This document shows positions 12,490 to 24,715 of a stretch of DNA of 64,000 bases, piece after piece. The notes under the pieces are model-generated. The model worked only from the letters and a program-made list of their open reading frames with translations, was not told where the DNA came from and searched no databases. This DNA is from Leucoraja erinacea. Taxonomy: Eukaryota. Every line of letters begins with the position of its first letter. Position 1 is the stretch's first letter. The stretch is from contig NC_073400.1 in assembly GCF_028641065.1 (NCBI RefSeq), positions 19,840,001-19,904,000 of the forward strand. The letters run 5' to 3'. Both the position numbers and the translations under genes were made by a program.

Positions 12490-14820
12490 CAGAATGGACC
12501 CTTTGGCCCAACTTGTCCATGCTGGTCATGCTTTAGTTCATTAAAACTGATCTAGTCCCATTTGGCTGGATTGGCCCATGTCCCTGTAAACCGTTCCTAT
12601 CTATGTACTTGTCTAAATGTTTTTTTTAATAGTCTCCATTATACCTTCCTCTGCAGCTTCTTCTGGCAGCTTGTACCACACATACACCACTCTCTACAAG
12701 AAAACATTGCTCGACAGGTGTTCTAAATCTTTCTCTTCTCATCTTAAACCCATGCCTCCTGTTCTCGACTCCTCTATCCTCTAAGGAAAAAACTGTGACC
12801 ATTCACCTAATTTATGCCTCTAATGATTTTATATACTTCTGTAAGGCCATCCTGCAAATCTCTTATATTCCAGGGTAAAAAGTCCCAGCTCACCAGCCTC
12901 TCATAACTCAAACCATCATGTCCTGATAACATTCTAATTAATCTTTTTTTCACCTTAGATTAAAGGGGAGGCCATTTAAGACTGAGGTGAGAAAAAAACT
13001 TTTTCACCCAGAGAGTTGTGAATTTGTGGAATTCCCTGCCACAGAGGGCAGTGGAGGCCAAATCACTGGATGGTTTTAAGTGAGTTAGATAGAGCTCTAG
13101 GGGCTGGTGGAATCAAGGCATATGGGGAGAAGGCAGGCACCGGTTATTGATTGGGGACGATCAGCCATGATCACAATGAATGGTGGTGCTGGCTTGAAGG
13201 GCCGAATTGCCTCCTCCTTCTCCTATTTTCTATGTTTCTATGTTTCACCCTTCACAGCTCAATGGCATCCTTCCTACCACAGGGCAACCAGAACTGAACA
13301 TAGTACTCCAAAAGTGGTATTGACAGCTGTAATATGATGCCCCGATACCTGTCTGTCTACCTGTGTTGTCATTTTCAAGGGAACTGCGAACATGTATTCC
13401 AAGTTCTGTCTGCTCTTCAACAAACTCCAGGGCTCCACACTTCCTGTGTAATTCCTGCCACAAGTTGGACTTAACAAAACGCATCACCTACAATTGTCCA
13501 AGTTAAATTCCATCTGCCATTCCCTGGTGCAATTCCATAGTTAATCAAGATCCTTTTGTAAATTTAGATATCATTTCTCATAGCCAGTATACATTCAATT
13601 TTTACTATTATTTGCAAATTTATAAACCACATTAACTACATCCAATTCATTAATATGGGCTACAGAAAATAGTGATGTTGCAGGTAGATAGGCTGGTAAA
13701 GAATGCTTCTGGTACACTGGCCTTCATGTGTACCGAGATGCAGTAAAAAGCTTTTGTTTGCATGCTATCCAGTTAAATTAAACAATACTGTACTTGTATA
13801 TAATCAAACAATACCCAAGGACAGCAAAGAGAAAAATGTTAGTGGGCTGAATATAGTTTTTAGCTTTATAGCATTACAGTTTCAGAGAAAATGTCCAATG
13901 TCCACAATAAGATAAACTGGAGGCATGGGACTACACCTTAGTTTATGAGAGAATTATTCCAATGTTGGATCACAGAGGGGAAGAAGCTGTACAGGGTACT
14001 ACCTGAGTCCGGTAGTACCCTGTACATGCTTTCAACCTTTTTTAATCAACTGCCAGATGGATGTGGGGAGAAGAGGTAATCACAGAAAATTACACATAAA
14101 CATTGGGGGTTATGTTACAGCTGTACACAATCTTTGTGAGGCTCCACTTGGAATATTGTGTTCAGATTTGATCACCCTGCTATAGCAAAGATGTAGGGTG
14201 TAGGTTTAACGTGATAGAGGAAAGATTTAATAGGAACCTGAGGGGCAATTATTTTCACACAAGGTGGTGGATAAATAAAACGAGCTGCCCGATGAAGTAG
14301 TTGAGGGAAGTACAATAACAATATTGAAAATACATTTGGATATGTATGTGGATAGGAAATGTTTAGTGAGGTAATGGCAAGTCACGGGCAAATGGGACAA
14401 TTGCTTTGAGGTCTTTAAATTTAACAGGGATTGACAGACTAGACCCAGGAAGGATGTTTTCCTTGGCTGATGTCTCTGTACCCATGGGACACCATCTTAG
14501 GTTAGAGAATAAATGTATTCACCCAGAGGGGTAAATGTTTGTAATTTACAGCCCCCGAGGATGTCGCTGACAATAGTCAAGACTACTATAAATAGACAAT
14601 AGACAATAGGCGCAGGAGTAGGCCATTCGGCCCTTCGAGCCAGCACCGCCATTCAATGTGATCATGGCTGATCATCCCCAATCAATACCCCGTTCCTGCC
14701 TTCTCCCCATATCCACTGACTCCGCTATCTTTAAGAGCCCTATCTAGCTCTCTCTTGAGAGTATCCAGAGAACCGGCCTCCACCGCCCTCTGAGGCAGGG
14801 AATTCCACAGACTCACAACA
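12490..14820. mobile_element. Mosaic of old CR1 3' fragments (both strands) and a Rex-like 3' tail
   Basis: FFTQRVVNLWNSLP-type and 3'UTR motifs at 12960-13245 (+), 12490-12950 (-), 13250-13600 (-), 14100-14400 (+) and 14590-14820 (-). Confidence 0.75.
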
Positions 14821-14959
14821 GTCTGTGAGAACCTATCAACTCCCACAGTTATCTGGACAATACTTCTTCCCACCTTGCCTCAATCAGTCTAAAGAAGTAT
14901 CCCAACCGAAGCCTCACCTATACATGTTCTTCAGGGATGCTGCCTCATCCACTGAGTTA

Positions 14960-15285
14960 CTGAGCGTCCAGGAGCGGAAAAGGCTGCAAAACATTGTAAC
15001 CATTGCCCAGTCCATCATCGGCTCTGACCTCTCTACCATCGAGGGGATCTATCGCAGTCGCTGCCTCAAAAAAGTTGCCAGCATCATCAAGGACCCACAT
15101 CATCCTGGCCACACACTCATCTCCCCGCTGCCATCAGGTAGAAAGTACAGGAGCCTGAAATCTACAACATCTAGGTTCAGGAACAGCTTTTCCCCACCGC
15201 TATCAGACTATTAAACACAACTTCAAACAAACTCTGACCTATAACAGCCCATTGCACTTTATCAGTTTATTGATGTGTGTATATC
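14960..15285 (+). mobile_element. Rex1/Babar-like LINE 3' fragment
   Basis: QERKRLQNIVTIAQSIIG...IIKDPHHPGHTLISPLPSGRKYRSLKSTTSRFRNSF. Confidence 0.8.
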
Positions 15286-16148
15286 AAGAACCAGAACAAG
15301 GGGCCGCAGTCTTAGAATAAAGGAGAGGACATTTAAGACTGAGGTTGATCATATGCTGAACAATCCAACCACATCTTTGTTTGGAAGTGGAAAGAAATAA
15401 TAGAAATTGCATTCATTGCAATGTGTAAAACGAGTTGAGATACTGTATTATAATTTTGCTGCATGTCATCATGGCTTAATTTGTGAATATGTTTAGTTTG
15501 TGACTTTATTTGAAGCAGAAATAATATGTGAATGCTTCATTGAGCATAATTCCGACTGGTAACTACACACTTCGTTCGAGCACATTATCGCATGCGTCAT
15601 GCAAGCCGCCTTAAATGACCACCTAAACTGTCATTTGGCAACTTAAAAAGCTGCCAAGGTTGCCCGGCTGACACCAGAGAAAAAAATGAAGTGAGTGCCC
15701 TGCAAGGTGTATAATATTTTTGACACTGTCATAGGCCTTTCTTACACATGCTGTCACAACGCACCGTAGTCTCTAAACAACCCTTCAGTAATTTTCCTTG
15801 CCCTCCATTTCAGAATAATAGTGTTTTAAGCCAATAACTCGACACTAGCACTGGCAATAAATAAATAAATAAATAAGCGCCATTTTCCAGCCCCTTATCT
15901 CATTGGCCACGCTCGGCTGCAAATCGGTGTCAATCTGGTGGACCATCTTCCTCTCGTCGTGGAGGTGGGGGATTGGGAGGGGCCCCACAAGTGGAACAAC
16001 TTAGGGCCTCTCTTCATCTAAGGCATGGATTAGATATAGAGTGAAGTTCCCTCCACATTGTCCCATCACACACTCCCAATACACTGTCCCAATGAACAAA
16101 TAAACTACTGTCCTCCCAATAACCTGGGATCCTCACTTTGACACTCAC

Positions 16149-16430
16149 CAGATGTGGTCCGTTTACAGATATCCTTCAGCCGGATCTGTGCCGTGCCCTC
16201 ACTAACCGGGTTCGTGGTGTCACACCTGTACACAACGTCCCCGACCTCTGCTGTGTGATGAGCCTGTATTGTCTTTCCATGTCCCTCGAGGTGATGGGTG
16301 TTGTCGTTTCCCGAAGCTTCCTTCCACCACGTGAAGTTGATGGGGTCACCAGAGGTCACGTAGCAGGTCAGGGTGAAGTTGCAGATCTCAGTGATGTTCT
16401 CAGCCTTGATCTGTGTTCCTGCCACGGGCT
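16149..16430 (-). CDS. Gene A exon 3: CD2/SLAM-type C2-set Ig domain
   Basis: 282-nt phase 1-1 exon (acceptor ...ctcaacctcAG, donor G|GTGAGT). EPVAGTQI...CNFTLTC...FTWWK...YRCDTTNPVSE...IC carries the four-Cys and NPVS signature of CD2/SLAM membrane-proximal domains. Confidence 0.9.
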
Positions 16431-18084
16431 CTGAGGTTGAGCAGAGAGAAGAAAGATGAGTAAAGGAGATCCTTGTGGACCCCTCGATACCCAACAACCC
16501 GTCTCCAACAGCGATGAGTGAATGTTAGGCCGATCCCAGCTCATTTCCACCCACCAGTTTATCTATTCCCTCCCCCTTCAGTTCAGACAGTTGTTGCTGG
16601 AGGAAGTCCACACATGCTGCGCCCCCTTCCCGACCACTGCCCGCACTCATCCACAAACTCTCCACTGTGTCCTGTTTACAGCCAAGAGTCAAAAGTGCGA
16701 TATTATCATATGCCCCATATAGAACAATGAAATTCTTACATTCAGGAGCACAACAGAATATGTAAACATAGTAATCTGTAAATAATATAATAAACATGAA
16801 AAATTTGCATTTCGCATATGGTAATGGGTTGAGGTTCTTGTTGAGGTAGGAGTTGATATGCACCGTAACCAATCTCTCAAAGCACTTCATCGCCACGGAT
16901 GTTAGTGCCACAGATCGATAGTCATTGAGGCATATTGCCTTACTCTTTTGGAAGAGTATGTCGCCTTACTAGAATTTTTATTATTGATGCCCTCTTAAAG
17001 CAGGTGGGAACTTCAGACTTCAGTAATGAGAGGTTGAAGATGTCTGTAAAATCTCCAGTCTGCACAGGTTTCATGGCTCTGTATGTTGGGAATTCTCCTC
17101 AGTTCCATGTATTTTGTCACTCCTGTGAGTGAGTGGTCCCCATGTCTCTTTCACACCTGATGGACATTTTTAACGTATTGATCGGTATGGGCAGAGGGGA
17201 CTGAGAGAAACGACCCCCAGTGGGGGGAGGACAAGAAACAGAGACAGGAGGAGTGGGTTAGAGATTCAGGATAAGGGGCTGTCCTTGTCAGATGGAGAAA
17301 TTGAGAAATTCCTTCTCTCTGAGGGTTGGAAATCAGTGGAATTCTCCCTTGGAGAGCTGTGGAGGCCAAGTCGGTAAAAGTATTTAAGGCCAAGACAGAT
17401 AGAACTTTGTTCTGGAGGGAAGGCGGGAATGTGTACAATGGATTCAGATTCCGAATCTGATTCCGAACAAAGAGGGATCCGGCATGGGGGGGGTGGGTGA
17501 GTGTGGGGGCACCAAGAGCAACGAGGGACCATCAGGACTATATTGATAACGTTTGTAACTTTGTCTGCACCCTATATGTGGAGACTCTTTGCGTATGTGT
17601 GTATTATATGCAAAACAAAGAATTTCTCTGTACCAAGTGTATGTAACAAGAAATCATCAACCAATCAATCAATCGTCAGATTCAGATTAATATATTATCA
17701 TCTGGTCAAGGTGCAATGAAATTCCTTGCTTACATGACATGGAGTAAGCAGTGTGTGTAGTAACAATAAGAGAATAATAAATACGACTGGCACAATACAG
17801 TGGAATGGTGCAAGAGAAAGCCCCCAATAATACTGGAATAGCGCAAAAATATTGAAGTGCAATAGTAAGCAGGAAAGTGGAGCTGAGGCCAAGGTCAGAC
17901 CAGCGCTGATCTCAATGAGTGGGGAGCAGGCTTGAAGGGCCAAATAGCCTCTTCCTGCTCATGTTCCATGCTCTGATGTTCTCCTCCCAACCATGGGAAC
18001 TGGTTAACCCTGGGATGAAGGAGGGAAGATTTCCCAGCCAGACGCTACTGGGTGAGATTATTGTGAACGTTATACAGAGTCGGA

Positions 18085-19132
18085 GTCATAGAGTGATACA
18101 GTGTGGAAACAGGCCCTTCGGCCCAACTTGCTCACACCGGCCAACATGTCCCGGCTATACTAGTCCCACTTGCCTGCGCTTGGTCCATATCCCTCCAAAC
18201 CTGTCCTATCCATGTACCTGTCTAACTGTTTCTTAAACAATGGGATAGTCCCAGCCTCAACTACCTCCTCTGGCAGCTTGTTCCATACACCCACCACCCT
18301 TCGGGTTAAAATGTTACCCCTCAGATTATTTTCCCCTTCACCATGAACCTATGTCCTCTGGCCCTCGATTCCCCTACTCTGGGTAAGAGAATCTGTGCAT
18401 CTCCCCGATCTATTCCTCTCATGATTTTGTACACCTCTATAAGATCTCCCCTCATCCTCCTGTGCTCAATGGAATAGAGACCCAGCCTACTGAACCTCTC
18501 CCAACAGCTCACACCCTCTAGTTCTGGCAGCGTCATCGTAAATCTTTTCTGAACCCTTTCAAGCTTGACAATATCTTTCCTGTAACATGGTGCCCAGAAC
18601 TGAAAACAATATGTGGCCTCACCAACGTCTTATACAACTGCAACATGACCACCCAACTTCTATACTCAATACTCTGACTGATGAAGGCCAATGTGCCAAA
18701 TGTCTCTTTGACCACCTTAACTACCTGTGACTCGACCTTCAAAGAACCATTCACCTGCACTCCTAGATCCCTCTGCTTTACAACACTTCCCAGAGGCCTA
18801 CCATTTACTGGGTAGATCCTGCCCTTGTTCGATGTCCCAAAATGCAACACCTCACACTTGTCTGTATTAAATTCCATCTTCACCATCTGCAAAACCATTC
18901 ACTTTTGTATCAGCAAACTTGTAATCTTGCCCTGTATGTTCTCATTCAAATCATTGATGTAGATGACAAACTGTAACGGGTCCAGCACAGAACTGTGAGG
19001 CACACCACTAGTGACAGGCCTCCAGTCTGAGAAGCAACCTTCCACCATCACCCTCTGCTTCCTTCCATGGAGCCAATTTGCTATCCATTCAGCTATCTCT
19101 CCTTGGATCCCATGCGATCTAACCTTCCAGAA
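18085..19132 (-). mobile_element. CR1 LINE 3' fragment (frameshifted RT)
   Basis: WRPVTSGVP...FNTDKCEVLHFG...LYKTLVRPH...RGDLIEVYKIM. Confidence 0.9.
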
Positions 19133-19761
19133 CACATATTATTGTAAGAGTGAGATAGGAACAATATTGCTGGGTGTGAGTTTGCTGTTGTGTACGTGTA
19201 CTGCCTCACTCATTGGGACAGTATGTTCTGTGGAATAAATACACAGGACAACGCTCAGCAAAGCAGAGCATGGAGGCTGAGGAATAAGAACCTTGCTGAA
19301 CTCACTCCCCAGTCTTGGGAATGAACAGGCAGAGCTGTGGGAGACAGATGGAACAACTGGGATCCCTGAACATAACATACAAGGCTTTTGACCTGTGGAT
19401 ACAGTGGGGTCTGTTTAACTAGGTCTCAGAGATACAGACTGTTCGGCTCAACTAAACTACCCCTCCCACCCTATCAATTCCTCCCTCCCCATGTGCTCAG
19501 CTCCGCCAGCCTCTGAGCTAAGCGGTTCCCCGTTGACGGTTTGTTCCGTGGCGGCCCCTGGCCCAGCCTCTGGGGATGTGGTGGGTCTGTCCCCCAGCCT
19601 GGCACTGCCCCAGTCGCACTACGGCCGTGACCCCCCACTCCGCACAATGGCAGTCAGTGGGGTTCAGTAAACTGGGGAATGCACAGGATCTGCCCTCGCC
19701 CATTAATTAGACGGGTTGAGCAGCCAGTGAAACACGGGACCTCTGTGGCAGTCTCACTCAC

Positions 19762-20079
19762 CGTACACCTCCAGTTGGACTGTTGCCGGAGTTTCCTCTC
19801 CTGAACTTGTTCCAAAAGTCACCTCATATTCACCCGCGTCCTCTCCCCGTAGATCACGGATTTCCAAACTGAAGTTCCTGCGGTGAAGAGTTACCCGTCC
19901 CGTGTAATTGATGTTAAAGTAATTCATCTTCCCATTCGAGCATTCCGCTATCTTGAGTCTGGGCGATTTCCGCCTCCACGTAATTTCCGTAATGTCCGGT
20001 GTGACTGTGATCCCAGCAGGTAAGGAGACCGAGTGTCCCCGAGCTCCGGTCACGGTGTCAGCGGCGGCCCCAGTCCCAG
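19762..20079 (-). CDS. Gene A exon 2: V-set Ig domain lacking the canonical B-F disulfide (CD2/SLAM N-domain)
   Basis: 318-nt phase 1-1 exon (acceptor ...gtctcctcAG, donor G|GTGAGT). TVTGARGHSVSLP...ITW...YTGRVTL...NFSLEIRDLRGEDAGEYEV...VQLEVY joins in frame to the C2 exon (VY-E-PV). Confidence 0.9.
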
Positions 20080-21035
20080 CTGAGGAGACAAGAGAGGCAG
20101 TCAGTAGGACAGCTCCGTGACTGGAGGAGGAATCGGAGCTGGGAGAATCACAGAGCACATGAGTAGGCCATGCGGCCCATCGTCTGGCTCCCGGCTCCGT
20201 GAGATACCCAGCCCACAGTCCCTGCATCAGTGAGCCCACGGAGGGAACAGGGTGCAGATTCTGTTGGTGATTGTAAACGGGCTCCTGAAAGCACCCTTTA
20301 CCTTTTTTACACCATGGAAACAGACCCTTCGGCCCAACGAGTTAATGCCGTCCATTGATCATTCGTTCACACGAGTTCTATACAATCTCACTTGCCCATC
20401 CACTGCCTGAACATTAGGAGCAATATTACAGAGGCCAATGAACGTACAAATCTGCACACCTTCAGGATGTGGAAGGACAATGCGCTTCACTTTGAAACAG
20501 GAATGCATCATGGATGCCCCATGTCAGCCCGTTGCATTCCCTTTGCCCGCAGCCATTCTTGTGTCATCAGAGGGAAAGGTTGTCATATTTGGTTCTGTAT
20601 GGGCCAGGCATAGGTGTAATTCTGCCATGTAATGCTATTGATGCGTTCCTCCTGTTGACCTATGAAAGATGTGCTTGCCAGCAGGTATTCTGCTCCATGT
20701 ATTCCTCAATGCGCAAATGTGAGAAAACCTATGGGATCCAAGCAAGTCAGTGAGTGGTCAAGTATCTGGCAGAGAAAACATAAAGCAACACCCACCTCCT
20801 CTAGTAATTGGAAGGCTGCCAACAAACTGGCAGCAACTGGAGGTGACAGTTACCATTCAGCTATAATTTGGATGTAGGGATTGAAGACTTTGTGGCCAAG
20901 TTTGTGGATGTGAAAAATAGGTGGAGGGGCCGGTAATGTAGAGAAAGCTGGGACTCTGCAGAAGGATTAGGAAAGGTAGGGAGAGTGGGCAGAGAAGTGG
21001 AATAGTTTAATTAAGGTGTAGACTATTTTCTAAAT

Positions 21036-21645
21036 AATAACCATATAACCATATAACAATTACAGCACGGAAACAGGCAATCTCACCCCTACAAGTCCAT
21101 GCCGAACAACTTTTTTTCCCTTAGTCCCACCTGCCTGCACTCATACCATAATCCTCCATTCCCTTCTCATCCATATCCTATCCAATTTATTTTTAAATTA
21201 TACCAACGAACCTGCCTCCACCACTTCCACTGGAAGCTCATTCCACACCGCTACCACTCTCTGAGTAAAGATGTTCCCCCTCATGTTACCCCTAAACTTC
21301 TGTCCCTTAATTCTGAAGTCATGTCCTCTTGTTTGAATCTTCCCTATGCTCAAAGGGAAAAGCTTGTCCACATCAACTCTGTCTATCCCTCTCATCATTT
21401 TAAAGACCTCTATCAGGTCCCCCCTTAACCTTCTGCGCTCCAGAGAATAAAGACCTAACTTATTCAACCTATCTCTGTAATTTAGTTGTTGAAACCCAGG
21501 CAACATTCTAGTAAATCTCCTCTGTACTCTCTCTATTTTGTTGACATCCTTCCTATAATTGGGCGACCAAAATTGTACACCATACTCCAGATTTGGTCTC
21601 ACCAATGCCTTGTACAATTTTAACATTACATCCCAGCTTCTATAC
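21036..21645 (-). mobile_element. Young CR1 3' fragment, (TAACCATA)n-tail subfamily
   Basis: Open reading YRSWDVMLKLYKALVRPNLEY...WNELPVEVVEAG; very similar to the + copy at 63120-63656. Confidence 0.9.
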
Positions 21646-22072
21646 GCAAATGTGGAGAGAATCCAGAAATCGGAGGTGCAAAAGGATTTTGGAGTGCTGG
21701 TGCAATATTCCCAAAAAGATAATCTGCAAGTTGAATCGGCAGTAAAGAATTCAAATGCAATGCTAGTATTTATTTCAAGAGGGGATGTACACATAAACAG
21801 GGATGGACTGCTGAGGCTCTACAAGGCGTTGGTCCGGCCACATTTGGAATATTGTGAATTGAATTGAATTGAACACTTTATTGCCAGGCGTGACAAGTCA
21901 CAGTGAAATTGTTTGCTTGCCCATCCAAGGTATGCAAATAGTTGCCACTAAAAGGTGCTTACAAAGTTACAAAGTACGCCCCCACCAGGTCCCCGTTTTT
22001 CTCCCCCCCCTCACGGCAGGTTCTGCAATATCCATTGTTCTGCCCTGTCCCTCATGTTCTGCCCTGTCCCGG

Positions 22073-22198
22073 ACGACAGATAGCCCAATGGGCTAAGCGT
22101 TCGGCTGGCGACCGGAGGGTAGCCGGTTCAAATCCCGCTTGGAGTGCATACTGTCTTGTGTCCTCCAAGACACTTCACCCACCTTTGCCTGTATGGAA
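22073..22198 (+). mobile_element. Short tRNA-derived SINE (tRNA head plus CORE-like segment) with 8-bp TSD
   Basis: A-box/D-arm TAGCCCAATGGGCTAAGCG, anticodon-like arm TTCGG-CTGGCGA-CCGGA, B-box GGTTCAAATCC, then GTGTCC...CAAGACACTT. Flanked by TGTCCCGG at 22065-22072 and 22199-22206. Confidence 0.65.
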
Positions 22199-22399
22199 TG
22201 TCCCGGCTCATGCGGGGCACACCGGACGCCCTTTGTTCCCTTTCATTCCCTCGGCATTTCGTGGCGTACACTGACAATGACAATTCCAATCGTGTTTCTG
22301 TCATTTTCATAGGTTTCAGTCGGTGCCATCATCGACCCCTCCGCGTCTTTGACCTCGTCCATTATCACACTCTCCGGTCTGTCCTCATGTGGGTGCACG

Positions 22400-22700
22400 A
22401 CCGACGCTCCAGGTCCACCACCGGATCCGCAGGCTCCTCTGACCCCCAGGTCCCAACCGCGGGCTCCTCTGACCCAGACACCATTGTCCGCGTGGCTTCG
22501 TCGACACGCGAGGCTCCACCTCTGACCGGCGAGATTCCGCCCCGTGAGATTCTGACCTGCGAGGCTCAGACTCCAACCCTTGAGACTCTACCTCCGACCC
22601 GCGAGGCTCCAACTTTGACCCGCAAGGTTCCGGCTCACGCTCCAGCCGGCGAGACACCGGCCCACGAGGCCCAGCCCATGAGGGTCCGGCCTCGGCTTCT
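22400..22700 (+). repeat. Degenerate ~21-bp GC-rich tandem repeat (CGCGAGGCTCC...)
   Basis: Repeated GAGGCTCC/GAGATTC/GAGACTC units. Confidence 0.6.
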
Positions 22701-24486
22701 CATGGGCACCTCTGGAAGGCGTCAGCTGCAGCAGCACCTCTGGAGCTATATCTGAGGAAGGATGTTCTGGCTCTGGAGAGGGTCCAGAGGAGGTTTACAA
22801 GATTGATCCCAGGAATTAATAGGTTAACATATAATGATCGTTTGACGGCACTGGGCCTATACTCACTGGACTTTAGAAGAATGAGGGGGGACTTCATTGA
22901 GGGAAAGTCAGTGGATATATTTAAGGCAGAGATAGATAGAATCTTGATTAGTACGGGTGTCAGAGGTTATGGGGAGAATGGGGTTATGAGGTAGAGATGG
23001 ATCAGCCATGATCGAATGGCAGAGTAGACTTGATGGGCCAAATGGCCTAATTCTGCTCTTATCACTTGTCATTATTGTCAGGATTCCTCTGTGTGCTGGT
23101 CATAAATCAACTGGTGACCTCCATGTCTGGTATCATTGGTCACTATAGGAAGTGACCCCTTGTTCTGGAAGTCCAGAAGAAGGGGTCACATTTTAAGGAG
23201 AAGGGGGAAATCTTTTAGGACTGAGATGAGGAAAACATTTTTCACACAAAGAGTGGTGAATCTCTTGAATTCTCTGCCACAGAAGGTAGTTGAGGCCAGT
23301 TCATTGGCTATATTTAAGAGGGAGTTAGATGTGGCCCTTGTGGCTAAAGGGATCAGGGGGTATGGGAGAAGGCAGGTACAGGATACCGAGTTGGATGATC
23401 AGCCATGATCATATTGAATGGCGGTGCAGGCTCGAAGGGCCGAATGGCCTACTCCTGCACCTATTTTCTATGTTTCTATGTATAGTGCAACTCCCACCTT
23501 GCAGCTGACAACCAGAAGTGATGGATTTTTCTGAGGCAAGAGAAATGCGGTCAACTGTGACCCTGAACCCAGGCAGTAACTCACTGCCTTTGAAACCTCA
23601 CATTCAGATTAGTTTATGCCATATACACCAGGGGCAATGAAGTTTCAAGTTCGCATGAAGCTCACAGAGTAAACGATAAAGAGAATAACGACAAACCAAA
23701 TACAATAATGTTTGCAAATCCGCAGATTTGTGCAAAGGTTTTTGTGTAAACTGAAGACGTACGAAAAATACTAAAATGCAATAACAAAATAACCAATTGA
23801 GGTAGAATTAGGTACAAGAGTACATTACAGCAGCTCAGGGAAGGGGGTGTGAAAGACATTAAAGGTTCAGGAAATTGAGAGCCATGGGGAAGAAGTCGTA
23901 CTTAAGTCTGTAAAGATACCTCCATGTAGACGCCACATTAAAGGTCTGTCAGGATATGATAAGCAAACTCGAGTCATGCACTCTATCAAATGGTGGCAGG
24001 AAGTGGTAAGGTGATCAGAACTAATGAACAGAATTATGTGAAACATAAAATGGTGCTGAACTTCCGATACGTATACAGAGGGAGACCATGAGGGAGAGAG
24101 AGGAATAAAAGGAGGAAGAGAGAATGAGAGAGAGGGGGCAACAAAGGGAAAGACAGTCTGTCCTACAGAGATGATTGAGGTGTTGAGGAACCAACAAACA
24201 TGGTCAAAGTGGCGAACAAAGATATAGAACGTCTGTGGATTAAGTGAGAGATAGAAAGAGACAAAGTGAGATGCAATGAGATCAAGACTTAGAGAGGGAC
24301 AGAGGAAAAAGTGTGAAAGAATGGAAGAGACAAAGAGCAAGTAAGCAATTTACATGCAAAGGTGTGAACAAGCAAAGGGAGGATGTCACCATGATGAATG
24401 GCTCGTGCAAGCACTATAAACCTCACATCGCTCACACATATTTCACCGCTCTATAATCAGAATCAAACTCTAAAACTTGACATTAC

Positions 24487-24553
24487 CCAAACATCTGGCA
24501 AAAAGATAGGCACAGAACAGGCAGACAACACTTCTTGAGGAGAGCCCCGACAT
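24487..24553 (-). CDS. Gene A exon 1: signal peptide MSGLSSRSVVCLFCAYLFARCL
   Basis: 67 nt (22 codons + 1), phase-1 donor G|GTAATG. Splices in frame to the V exon giving ...ARCLAGTGAAA|DTVTG. ETS-type GGAAGT/CAGGAA motifs at 24603-24625. Confidence 0.6.
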
Positions 24554-24715
24554 CTTGAGGTTTGAGTGAACTAGAGATCAAAGGTCCGGATATCTTCTGA
24601 AAAAGGAAGTAAAGAAACAGGAACTGATCTCACCATGAGCAGAGGAAGCACATATCACAACTAACCAACTTCTCTCACCCTGACTATTTCATTCAATCTC
24701 TTGATATTGAGGAAT

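Larger units (their letters stand above)
20868..23060 (+). mobile_element. Old CR1 fragment split by two younger insertions (21036-21645 and ~21858-22740)
   Basis: The RT-region sequence resumes after each insert (...YFLN | ERIQKSEVQKD...RPHLEYC | YLRKDVLALE). Confidence 0.75.

Noticed and set aside
11924-20079. An inversion as the required explanation for gene A's structure
   Set aside because: A same-strand leader exists at 24553-24487 and no breakpoints were identified; kept only as an alternative in the findings.
22073-22145. Functional tRNA-Ala gene
   Set aside because: The acceptor stem does not pair; a SINE body follows and a TSD flanks it.
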